A stretch of DNA of 64,000 bases from contig OY730414.1 of the NCBI GenBank assembly GCA_963422615.1, positions 62,001-126,000 of the forward strand, read 5' to 3'. Positions 41,309-51,018 of this stretch are shown piece after piece; within the stretch, counting starts at the first letter, position 1; the number at the start of each line of letters is the position of its first letter. The position numbers and the translations under genes were made by a program. The notes below the pieces were generated by a model. The model was not told the origin of the DNA, did not search any database, and saw only the letters and a list, made by a program, of their open reading frames with translations. This stretch comes from Longimicrobiales bacterium (GTDB lineage: Bacteria; Gemmatimonadota; Gemmatimonadetes; Longimicrobiales; Gaopeijiaceae).

Positions 41309-43246
41309 ATGGAGAACAGACGCCGTTCGATCGCAAGACTGCCGAACCGACCGGGAAGCGCGGTGGTGCTATGGTGCGCGCTTTCGCAGCTGGCCGCCGC
41401 CCTCCCCAGTGCCCCTCCCCCCGATCCCGACATCGCTTGGTCCGGCAGAGGCCCGGTCGCCTCCCATCCCGGTGGACTCCCGTCCCGGCCAAGCATCTTC
41501 CGGGCGCAGGATCCTTCCGTTCGCGCCTTTTTGTCCTCCCCCCAGGTCGGGGTCGGACGCGAGTTCGTGCTGAACGTGGAAGTATCCGGTACCCAAAGGC
41601 TGGAAAGAGACCCGGTCCTGCCTCCCATGGAAGCCTTTGCCCGCTACCTGGGGTCCGGGACGACCACATCCATGCAGATGGTGAACGGACGAACCAGCGT
41701 CGCCGTCACGTATCAGTACCGGTTCCACGCGTTGGCCGAGGGTTCCTTCGAGATCGGGGCCGTGGAGGTCGGCGTCGGCAGTCGCACCTTGGCAACCGAG
41801 CCGGTCACCCTGGTCGTCTCCAGTGCGCCGCCTCCCACGACTGAAGGCACGGAGAACCCGGGGGAAGCGGTTTCCGCGGAGGATCTGTTTCTCGAGACCA
41901 CGGTCGGCAAGACCCGGGCGTTCGAAAATGAACCCCTCGCCATTGAGTATCGGATTTTCTTTCGGGTGGACGTCCAGTCCTACACCATCACAAGCCTGCC
42001 CAAGGCGACGGGCTTTTGGACGGAGGAACTGGAGCAGCCGGACGCCCCGCCGGTGGAGCGCGTGGTCCGGGACGGCCGAGAATACCTTGCAGCGGTGGTC
42101 CGGCGGGCCATCCTCTTCCCGACCGGTTCCGGCATGAAGACGCTGGATCCCCTGAGCCTGGAAGCTCAGGTGCGGGTAAGAAACCGGCGTACCCCGGACC
42201 CGTTCGGGGATTTCTTCGGGCGGTCCGGCCTCTTGGGCCGCCGAACACCGGTGGCCATCGCCTCCCAACCGGTCACGATCGAAGTCCTTCCCCCTCCCGC
42301 CAGCGGGCGCCCCGACAACTTCCAGGGGCATGTGGGTTCGTTGAACGTATCGGCTTCGGTGGACCGGACGTCCTTGAGAGCCAACGAAGCCGTCACCTTT
42401 CGGGTGGACCTTTCGGGCAGCGGAAACATCCGGGCCCTCGGGCCGCCGGAGGTGGATTTTCCTGCCGACTTCGAGGTATTTCCGCCCGAAGCGAGGGAGC
42501 GAATCGCCGAGGGGAACGGAAACTTGCAGGGCTCAAAGGGCTACGCGTACGTGCTCATCCCCCGGGTTCCTGGCACCTTCACTTTGCCTTCCGTGGAGGT
42601 GTCCTATTTTGACTCCGGATCCCGCACGTACCGGAGCACCCGTTCCGAACCGTTGGAAATTGAGGTCACCGGCGGGGAGGAGGGCGAAAAGGAACAGGGC
42701 GCCGCTCCGACCGCCGTCGAGCCGGTGCGGGAGGAGATCCGCTTCATCCACGTGGACACGCCTCGGTTCAGGCGAACGGGTCAACCCCCTTTCACGATGC
42801 TCGGCTTCTGGTTGGTGCTGCTGGCGCCCGTGGCGGCGGTCGCAGGGGCGGCAGTGATTCGTCGGCACCGTGACCGCCTGGCCGGTGACGTAGCGTACGT
42901 TCGAATGCGCCGGGCCGGGCGAACAGCGAAGAAGAGGCTCGCAAGGGCAAAGGGACTGGCATCGGGAGACCCCGTTGCACTCTACGGCGAAGTCGCCGGA
43001 GCCCTCCTGGGCTTCTTCGCCGACAAGGTCAACGTGCCCGTAGCAGGCCTTGTGCGCGAAGACGTTGACCGCCTCGCCCGGGAGCGGGGCGTGTCGGCTC
43101 ACACGCTGGAACGTCTCTTCACCTGCCTGGACGATTGCGACCGGCAGCGGTTCGCTCCCGCGGGCGCCCAACGGGAACCCCCGGAAAGAGTTCTGGCTCG
43201 CGCGGCCCACCTGATCAAGGCCCTGGCCAGGGAGATGTCGGGATGA
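41309..43246 (+). CDS. batD: BatD protein
   Basis: Ig-like repeats, SMQMVNG, SGSGNI, C-terminal TM and CDRQRFAP; start approximate. Confidence 0.9.
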   Translation: MENRRRSIARLPNRPGSAVVLWCALSQLAAALPSAPPPDPDIAWSGRGPVASHPGGLPSRPSIFRAQDPSVRAFLSSPQVGVGREFVLNVEVSGTQRLERDPVLPPMEAFARYLGSGTTTSMQMVNGRTSVAVTYQYRFHALAEGSFEIGAVEVGVGSRTLATEPVTLVVSSAPPPTTEGTENPGEAVSAEDLFLETTVGKTRAFENEPLAIEYRIFFRVDVQSYTITSLPKATGFWTEELEQPDAPPVERVVRDGREYLAAVVRRAILFPTGSGMKTLDPLSLEAQVRVRNRRTPDPFGDFFGRSGLLGRRTPVAIASQPVTIEVLPPPASGRPDNFQGHVGSLNVSASVDRTSLRANEAVTFRVDLSGSGNIRALGPPEVDFPADFEVFPPEARERIAEGNGNLQGSKGYAYVLIPRVPGTFTLPSVEVSYFDSGSRTYRSTRSEPLEIEVTGGEEGEKEQGAAPTAVEPVREEIRFIHVDTPRFRRTGQPPFTMLGFWLVLLAPVAAVAGAAVIRRHRDRLAGDVAYVRMRRAGRTAKKRLARAKGLASGDPVALYGEVAGALLGFFADKVNVPVAGLVREDVDRLARERGVSAHTLERLFTCLDDCDRQRFAPAGAQREPPERVLARAAHLIKALAREMSG

Positions 43247-44031
43247 GGCGGGGCGCCGGGCTTGCGGGATTTGTGGTCGGGACCGCGCTTCCCCTGGTGG
43301 CGCTCTTCGCGCCGCACGCAGTCTCCGCCCAGGCCGAACCGTTCATCGAAGGCAACCGGTTTTTCCGAGAAGGCGACTTCGCCCAGGCCGTCGCCAGCTA
43401 CCGCACCGTTCTTGAGAACGGTTTCGAGTCGGCGGAGCTCTATTACAACCTGGGGAATGCCCACTTCCGCTCGGGCAACGTGGCGAAGGCCGTGGTGAGC
43501 TACGAGCGGGCGGCCCGCCTGGATCCGGGAAACGACGACGTCCGGGCAAACCTGGCTCTGGTCAACCGAACGCTTCGAGACCGGATCGAGCCCCTGCCCC
43601 GGTTCTGGTTGCTGTCCGCCTTGCATTGGTGGATGAGCCTGATCCCTCGAGGCCCGCTCGGGGTCGCCGCCGCGACGGCCTACGCTCTCCTCGGTTTGAG
43701 CGTAGCGCTCCTGGTGCTCCGCCGACCGCGAGGACGAGGATGGCGCACCACCATGCGACGGAGCGCCTACGCTGCAACGGTGGCGACAGTTGGGCTGGGA
43801 GGCACGTTTCTGGCTCGAGAAACCGGTGTAGGGCAGCCGGAAGAGGCCGTTGTCCTGGCCCCGGAAGCGCGGGTGTTGAGCGCGCCCTCCGCAGAGGGAG
43901 GGCTGACCATTTTCACGCTCCACGAAGGCACCAAGGTTCGAATCGACCGCCGGACCGACGGCTGGGCCGAGATTGTCCTCGCAGACGGGAAGGTAGGCTG
44001 GCTGGAGTTGAAAGTACTGGAAGTGATCTGA
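43243..44031 (+). CDS. batE: BatE TPR + SH3 protein
   Basis: LYYNLGNAHF TPR, LHEGTKV...DGKVGW SH3; ATGA overlap with batD. Confidence 0.9.
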   Translation: MRRGAGLAGFVVGTALPLVALFAPHAVSAQAEPFIEGNRFFREGDFAQAVASYRTVLENGFESAELYYNLGNAHFRSGNVAKAVVSYERAARLDPGNDDVRANLALVNRTLRDRIEPLPRFWLLSALHWWMSLIPRGPLGVAAATAYALLGLSVALLVLRRPRGRGWRTTMRRSAYAATVATVGLGGTFLARETGVGQPEEAVVLAPEARVLSAPSAEGGLTIFTLHEGTKVRIDRRTDGWAEIVLADGKVGWLELKVLEVI

Positions 44032-44202
44032 AGGCGGGCGCGGACGGGCCCCAAGTCCTTGGGGGGTCGCTTCATCATGCGCTTCGTCTTTGCCGTGGCC
44101 GCGCTTGCCTTCGACCCGCGGGCAGGCGGTTCGACTTGCGGCCCCGCATCACGGGCTCGGGCTTGGACGCTTCCGCTTCTTCACCCTTCCCCAGGAACTA
44201 AC

Positions 44203-44760
44203 CTACCGCGACCAGGGGGGCACTACCCCGTTCATCCGAGCGTACGCAATCTCCTGCCCCAGGTGTTCGTTCATGTGAGTCACGAGCTGAAGGAGTACTG
44301 CCCAGCCCGCCACTTCCCGGCCGTACAAACGGACCGGTGCCTCCAAGTCCGCGTCGGACATCCCCTGCACCACCTTTCGGACGTGATCCATGGAAGCGGC
44401 CAGCACCTCCACCACCTGGTCCTTCTCCGTGACCCTTTCCTCCAGGGTCCGGTATTCAACGCCGGCGGGCGGATCAACCCCCAAATTCATGTCCGGGTAC
44501 ATGTAGTTGTACCGGGCAATGTGCATGTAAGCGCTGGCTACCGTGGCAACCCCTTCCATGGGCCGCCAGGAGTAGGAATCGGCCGGCATGGCCTTGGCCA
44601 AATCCACCAGTTTTCGGGCCGAGGCTTCGAACTGACCGCTGAACTCCTCCCGAAAGTCGGGAATGTCCTGGGCGGGAACCGGAACAGCAGAGACCGTCCC
44701 CGCGGCACATGCCGCCACCAGAGCGGGGCGAAGCAGAGGGGCAATGGAGAGAATTCGCAT
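44203..44760 (-). CDS. Secreted DinB-family (DinB/YfiT-like four-helix) protein
   Basis: Signal peptide, YSWRP, MHIA, HMNEHLGQ, YARMNGVVPPWS. Confidence 0.88.
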   Translation of the reverse strand: MRILSIAPLLRPALVAACAAGTVSAVPVPAQDIPDFREEFSGQFEASARKLVDLAKAMPADSYSWRPMEGVATVASAYMHIARYNYMYPDMNLGVDPPAGVEYRTLEERVTEKDQVVEVLAASMDHVRKVVQGMSDADLEAPVRLYGREVAGWAVLLQLVTHMNEHLGQEIAYARMNGVVPPWSR

Positions 44761-44779
44761 GTTTTCGACTCCTGGTTAG

Positions 44780-47299
44780 CGAAGGGGGCAACTTCCGTCA
44801 GCTCTGACGGAGCCCGTCAACCTGCCGGTTCCTCCCGAGATTCTCAACGGCCAGACGACCGGAATTCAACAGTGGCGAAACGAGGGGCAGATCGGCGGTG
44901 GATCGAAGATCGTCCTGCGAGGCATCAACAGCATCAGTCAGGATGTACAGCCCCTCATCTATGTGGACGGCGTGCGCATGAACAACAACCAAGGCGTCTA
45001 CAACAACCGCCAAAGCATCAACCCGGGCCCGGCGGGTGCCCAGACATCGCCCAACCCCCTCGACCTGATCGACCCTTCGAACATCGAGAACGTGGAGATC
45101 GTGCGAGGGGCGGCAGCCACCACGCTTTACGGAACCGAGGCCGCTGGAGGCGTTATTCAGATTTTTACCAAGAAGGGCCGGGCCGGACAAAGCGCATTGT
45201 GGACGGCAGAGTTTACAGGCGGCACAAGGTTTATGACCGCCAACGCCATGGGGCCCATCCTCGGAAAAACCGACGACTGGGGATTCACCAAGCCGTGGTA
45301 CTCCTACGGGCCATTGGGAGAAACCAAGCTGTCCGTTTCTGGCGGCACGAACATGGTGAGCTACTACTTGTCTGGGGGCATGGGATATAGTGATGGCGTA
45401 GTCGACAACAATGACGAGCGGACCTACAGCATGCGGGGCAACTTCGGCCTACAGCCCACACCATCGCTCAACATTCGCCTCAGCACGTCCTACCGCCACC
45501 GTACCACTAACTACATGGAGATGGGAGACAACGCCTCCGGCTTCATGCTGAACGTGCTTCGAGGCACCCAGGACTATACCAACGCGGCGGTAGACCGGGA
45601 CAACTATCAGGGCGACCCGGACCAGATCCTCTTCGATATCACGAACAGCGGCCGGGTCGAGCACTTCGTCGGGGGCTTGACCACGATTCATTCCGCCGAA
45701 GGCCTCGGCCTGATGACCCGCCTCACCTTGGGACTCGACTACACGACGGCCTTCAACCAGCAGAACTTCCCCTTTGACCACGTCCTCCGTCCCCAGGGGC
45801 GGCGAAACTTGAACGAGTGGGAACATCGAACCGTCACGGTCGATCTGGGAGCCTCGTGGGAAACCGACTTCGGCGACAATATGTCGTCGTCCCTGTCGGC
45901 GGGCGGCCAGATCTTCAGCGACTGGGACCACACGGTTTACGGAGTCTCCGAAGACTTCGGGGGACCCGGGGAGAAGACCCTGTCCTCAGGTGCGACGACG
46001 ACATCCAGCGAGGACTTGCTCAAGGTCGTTAACGCCGGGTTCTTCGCGCAGGAAATCCTGGGAATCCGAGAAAACCTCTTCCTGACCGGCGGCATCCGCG
46101 TGGACGGAAACAGCGCCTTCGGAGAGGACCTGGGACTCCAAGTCTATCCGAAGTTGAGCACGTCGTATGTGATTTCCGACGCGGACTTTTGGCCCAGCGA
46201 CTGGTGGCAGGTCATGAAGTTGCGGGCGGCCTGGGGCCAGTCCGGCAAAGCGCCCGGAGCCTTCGACGCAGTGCGGACCTGGAATCCCGTGGCCGGCTAC
46301 GACGGCCAAGCCGGGGTCACACCGGCCAATCTGGGCAACCCCGACCTCGGGCCCGAGCGTTCGACGGAACTCGAGCTGGGCTTCGAGGGCAGTATGATGG
46401 ACGATCGTCTCGGCTTCGACATGAGCTGGTACAGCAGCGTGACCAGTGACGCCCTCATGCCAGTGACCGCCGCGCCGTCGGAGGGGTTCCTCAACTCCCA
46501 ACTCAAGAACGTCGGGGAGTTCAAGAACACGGGACTTGAAGTAACCGTGACGGGCGTGCCTGTCACCCTCGACAATCTTCGCTGGGAGATCAGGGGAAGC
46601 GTTTCCACCATCGAAAGCGAGGTCCTCAGCCTGGGCGAAGCCCCTGAATTCTTTCTGGGTTGGGGTTCGATCCTGGGCCAATGGGTGCGCGTAGGATACC
46701 CGATCGTGTCGCTGTGGGGCGAAACCGTGACCAACCCCGACGCGATCGCCGACCCGGACATCGAAGAGGATCACTACTACGGCCCCGTCTATCCGACCCA
46801 CATTTTCAGCGGCAACACATCAATCAACCTGTTCAGGCGGTTAACAATCTACACGCTGGGGGAGTACCACGGCGGGCAGTACCAGTTCAACATCATGCCC
46901 TGGCAGCAGGTGCGCAGGGGACTGTGGCCGGAGTGTAACGACCTCGGGCTGGACGACCCCGACGACGCCGTCGCTTGGTCGTCCGCTCCTGCCATTTGGA
47001 GGGCCCGGTGCCAGTTGCCGACCCCAAACTTCGACTTCTGGATGCGGCCTTCCAACTTCTTCAAGATCCGCACTATATCCGCGTCGCTCCTGATTCCGGA
47101 CGACCTGATCCCCGGAGCAACGGGCACGACCCTGACCGCCACGGTTCAGAATCCGTACAAGTGGTCGAACGGGGCAGGCATCGACCCGGAACTGACCGTG
47201 GGTTATGGCGGGGGCGTGGGGACGTTTCCCGCCCGGTACGAATACTATCAGCTTCCGGCGCCCGTCATGTTCTCCCTGAGCCTCCGTGCCAACTTCTAA
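44780..47299 (+). pseudogene. susC: SusC/RagA-type TonB-dependent receptor, 5'-truncated
   Basis: Plug motifs (SKIVLRGINS, PLIYVDG, IENVEIVRGAAATTLYGTEAAGGVIQIFTKKG), GNPDLGPER, C-terminal Phe. The frame is bounded upstream by TAG at 44777-44779, with no signal peptide or N-terminal domain. Confidence 0.8.
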
Positions 47300-47359
47300 C
47301 CCGACACCGAGCGATAGGGTGCATCTGGCCCGCGCCAAGTATGTCAAGGAGAGACAATC

Positions 47360-48625
47360 ATGAGGATGTTCAAGAACAGATGCCGGGGAATCGGGACGGT
47401 GGTGCTCGCGGCGATGGTTTCGTCGTGCGATCTGTTTGAAGTCGTGAACCCCGGCCCAATCATTGACGAAGCTTTGAATGAAAAGGCTGCAGGAAAGACC
47501 GTCCTGATCGGGATTGTCGCCGATGTGGAGGTGGCGGTCAACGACATGGCGTGGCTGGGCGGGCCCGCGTCCACCGATCTTGATGCCGATGCGACCCAGC
47601 CGTGGCTTCAGGACGCCGGCGAAGGCCGGCTCACGGTCACGAACGCGGAATCGAGCTGGCATCCCATGCAGCGAGCGCGCTGGGGTGCTGCCGCCGGGAT
47701 TGCGCGGCTGTCCGAGACCCAGTCCGACGCAGCGGCGAACCCGTACCTCACGGCCGCCTACATGTGGGCCGGATGGGCCAATCGAGTTCTGGGCGACAAC
47801 GTCTGCATAGCCGTGTTCGGCGGGGAAGATCGAGACGGCGACGGCAGCCCCGATTTAGGCGAAGTGGAGGACGCGAACCAGCATTACGTGCGCGCCATTG
47901 AGCGCTTCGAGATGGCGCGGAGCCGGGCTCAGAGTGCGGGCTTGGACTCCATCGTCATGGCTTCGACGGCGGGAATGGCACAGGCTCACCTGATCTTAGG
48001 GAATCATTCCGAGGCCCAGGCCCTTGCAGCCCAGGTACCCGACGACTTCCTGTGGGTGGCGAACCGTTCGGACAACAGCTCGCGAGAGTGGAACTCTGTA
48101 TACTCCTTCACCCACGAGAATCAGAAGCAGATCACGGTCTGGGGCATGTACAACGACAGCATCGGGCCGGAAACGGATCCCCGCGTGCCCTGGCGGGACA
48201 TGAACCAGACATCGGGCGGGGGCGTGAAGCCCTTCTACCGCCAACTCAAGTACACAACCCGCGCCGACGACTTTCCTCTGGCCAAAGGCAGAGAAATGCG
48301 CCTCATCGAGGCCGAGGCCATGCTCCGCCAGGGAGACCGGGACGGCGCCATCGCCAAGATCAACTACGTGCGCAACTTGGTTGGCGTGCCCCCCGTGTCG
48401 GCCACGAGTGACGACGAAGCATGGTTGGCGCTGGACCGGGAGCGAAACTTCGAGCTCTGGCTCGAGGCCCGCCGACTCAAGGACAATGCACGGTTTTCCC
48501 GGGAGGGCTTTAGCCCCTGGGCAGTCGCGTTCATGGAGGGAAGGCACGACTGCTTCCCTCCCAGCCAAGCGGAGTGCAGCGCGAACGCCAACGTGGACGG
48601 CAACGCCTATTGCAGCCAAGGCTGA
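47360..48625 (+). CDS. susD: SusD/RagB-type outer-membrane lipoprotein
   Basis: Lipobox VSSC, EMRLIEAEA, INYVR, ERNFELWLEARRLKD; lies downstream of susC. Confidence 0.9.
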   Translation: MRMFKNRCRGIGTVVLAAMVSSCDLFEVVNPGPIIDEALNEKAAGKTVLIGIVADVEVAVNDMAWLGGPASTDLDADATQPWLQDAGEGRLTVTNAESSWHPMQRARWGAAAGIARLSETQSDAAANPYLTAAYMWAGWANRVLGDNVCIAVFGGEDRDGDGSPDLGEVEDANQHYVRAIERFEMARSRAQSAGLDSIVMASTAGMAQAHLILGNHSEAQALAAQVPDDFLWVANRSDNSSREWNSVYSFTHENQKQITVWGMYNDSIGPETDPRVPWRDMNQTSGGGVKPFYRQLKYTTRADDFPLAKGREMRLIEAEAMLRQGDRDGAIAKINYVRNLVGVPPVSATSDDEAWLALDRERNFELWLEARRLKDNARFSREGFSPWAVAFMEGRHDCFPPSQAECSANANVDGNAYCSQG

Positions 48626-48648
48626 GGGCCACCCACCGGGCAAGTTCG

Positions 48649-49146
48649 TCAGCATTCGGGGATCAACGCCGTCGGGGTCGTCCCGCCCGCGGCTCCGGCG
48701 GCCGTCCCTTGGTTCATATTTCGTCCCTCGTTCGTATCCAGAAAATACATGGCCAGCTCGGGCGAAGGCACCATGCAGCGGTCCCGCCGGCCGAACCACC
48801 GGTAGCGGTTCCGCGCGACGAGATCGTATGCGGCGTCCCGAAGCATCCGAGGAAACAGCATTCCCAAGCCGAGGAGGGAGTAGGGGAACCCCAGGCCGCG
48901 AGCGATGCGGATCGCCGCCGCCGAGCGAATGTGAATCCCGTCCCGATCAATCAGGACCAAGGAATCGGGGAGGCCGCCCAGCTCGGCTCCCGAGGGGGTC
49001 CTCGCAAGCTCCCGCCGAGCAGCGTCTGACTGAAGGGACGCGAACCGGAACCGGCTCCTGGTGTCCCGTTTGATCACCCACAGGACGGTAGCGCTACAGA
49101 GGTTGCAGACACCGTCGAAGAGAATTACCGAGGGGACACGCATCAT
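48649..49146 (-). CDS. DCC1-like thiol-disulfide oxidoreductase (DUF393)
   Basis: ILFDGVCNLC, FASLQS, YDLVARNRYRWFG. Confidence 0.93.
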   Translation of the reverse strand: MMRVPSVILFDGVCNLCSATVLWVIKRDTRSRFRFASLQSDAARRELARTPSGAELGGLPDSLVLIDRDGIHIRSAAAIRIARGLGFPYSLLGLGMLFPRMLRDAAYDLVARNRYRWFGRRDRCMVPSPELAMYFLDTNEGRNMNQGTAAGAAGGTTPTALIPEC

Positions 49147-49510
49147 GCGGTTCAACCTTGACGCCCCTTGCCCCTTGTGTCTCGGACAAAGGCCGGGCGG
49201 GCGCCTCCAAGACGGCAAACGTCGCCCATCCGCACAACTTGGATGCTCCTCGTGGTTCTTGACGCTCGTTTCCTCCTCGCACTCAGCTGCTGCGCCCTTC
49301 GTCCCTCGTGGCCAAAGGCGTGGGACCGGTGGAGCCGGGAGATGAAGGAGGGACAGGGAGGGCTGGACGGACTGATCGACAAGATGGCCGGAGATCTGCA
49401 TTTTCTTCGCATCTGCCTTGCAGCGGGCTTCCCGTCAGCACCCCGATGACACTACCCTATACGGAACCAGCGAAAGACAAAACGGGGGCAGGACGGTCAA
49501 GGGGGAAGTC

Positions 49511-50563
49511 ATGGGGGTACGACTCCTGGTGGGAACCGCGAAGGGCGGTTTCTGGGTCACCAGCACGGACCGGCAAAGGTGGAAGGTGGAAGGTCCCTTC
49601 TTCAAGGGGTGGAAGGTCACGGCGGGGCTTCGCCTCGACGACGGACGCTTCATGGCGGCAACGTCCAGCGACATATACGGCCCGGCAATTCATGTGTCCT
49701 CCGACTCGGGAGGTTGGAAGCAGATCCCCGATGGGCCTGCGTACCCCCGGGAGGGGCCCAGCCGCCTCCGTCAGATCTGGACCCTGCGGGAGAACCGGGG
49801 CGTCCTGTACGCCGGCGTCCAGGACGCCGGTATCTTCACCAGCGCGGACAGCGGGAACTCCTGGGTGCCCGTGACGGGCCTCAACGATCACGAAACCCGC
49901 TCGGCGTGGGGTCCAGGCGCCGGCGGCCTTTGTTGCCACGCTCTCCTGTTCAGCGACAGGAACCCCGAACGCATGTGGTGCGGAATCTCGGCGGTGGGCG
50001 TGTTTCGTACCGATGACGGGGGCGAAACCTGGGCTCCGAAAAACAGGGGCATAACGATGGTCCTGGAGGACCAGCACTACAAGGAAATCGGGCGTTGCGT
50101 CCACGGCCTCGCTCAGGACCCGGCGGACCCTGACCGAATCTACCGCCAGGACCATTCCGGCATGTACCGAAGCCTTGACGGAGGGGACAGCTGGCAGCGG
50201 AACGAGGGGGGCCTCCCATCCGGATTCGGCTTCCCCATCGTGATGGCGGAAGGGGGAAGGGCCCTCTTCGCCGCGCCCCAGGAAAGCGACGAATACCGGG
50301 TCCCCCTCGGCGGTGCCCTTCAGGTCTTCCGGAGCACGGACGGTGGCAACTCATGGCACCCCGCCGCAAAGGGGCTGCCGTCGGTCAACGCGTACGGTAC
50401 CGTTCTGCGGGGCGCCATGGCCACGGACAACCTGGACCCCGGCGGCGTGTACGCCGGGACCACTTCGGGGACCCTTCATGCGAGTCGCGATCTGGGCGAA
50501 AGCTGGACGAACCTCCCCGTCGTCCTCCCCCGAATCTTCCACGTGTCCGCCTGGAGCGAATGA
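49511..50563 (+). CDS. Cytoplasmic BNR/Asp-box beta-propeller (sialidase-like fold)
   Basis: LLVGTAKG start, S.D.G..W repeats, GGLCCH, RCVH, YRQDHSG, SGFGFP; no signal peptide. Confidence 0.85.
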   Translation: MGVRLLVGTAKGGFWVTSTDRQRWKVEGPFFKGWKVTAGLRLDDGRFMAATSSDIYGPAIHVSSDSGGWKQIPDGPAYPREGPSRLRQIWTLRENRGVLYAGVQDAGIFTSADSGNSWVPVTGLNDHETRSAWGPGAGGLCCHALLFSDRNPERMWCGISAVGVFRTDDGGETWAPKNRGITMVLEDQHYKEIGRCVHGLAQDPADPDRIYRQDHSGMYRSLDGGDSWQRNEGGLPSGFGFPIVMAEGGRALFAAPQESDEYRVPLGGALQVFRSTDGGNSWHPAAKGLPSVNAYGTVLRGAMATDNLDPGGVYAGTTSGTLHASRDLGESWTNLPVVLPRIFHVSAWSE

Positions 50564-50657
50564 TGGGGGCTCGGGCCGGCACCTACGGGGCTGCCGAATG
50601 GCGGTCGGAGATATCCGGCCCGCCCCCGCAACGCGCCTTGAGGAGGTTCTTGACGGC

Positions 50658-50936
50658 ATGGCTTCGGTAACGGTCTCCCTCCCTTCCCTCCTGGAGCCGG
50701 TCACGGGAGGCACCCGAGAGCTAACGGCATCCGGCAGGACCCTCCGGGAGGTTTTTGACGACCTGCTGGAGCGGAAACCTGGCCTGAGGCTCCACCTCTT
50801 TGATGAGTCCGGAGAGCTTCGCCGCCACGTCCTCTGTTTCCACAACGGAACCAACACCCGGTGGATGGAAGACCGGGAGGAACCGATCGCCGAGGGGGAC
50901 ACGATCCTGTTCATGCAGGCGGTGTCGGGAGGCTGA
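50658..50936 (+). CDS. MoaD/ThiS-family ubiquitin-like protein ending in Gly-Gly
   Basis: 92 aa beta-grasp pattern, C-terminus ...FMQAVSGG*, AGGAGG RBS. Confidence 0.92.
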   Translation: MASVTVSLPSLLEPVTGGTRELTASGRTLREVFDDLLERKPGLRLHLFDESGELRRHVLCFHNGTNTRWMEDREEPIAEGDTILFMQAVSGG

Positions 50937-51018
50937 CAGACCCCCGCCCCTGCCCGCGTTGAAGACAAAATTGATCCCAATGAAACAAGCCGACCCAAAG
51001 GGGAGGGAGAGAGCACCC

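Noticed and set aside
35183..44031. moxR-DUF58-bat operon as a novel system
   Set aside because: It matches the previously described Bacteroides aerotolerance (Bat) operon layout.
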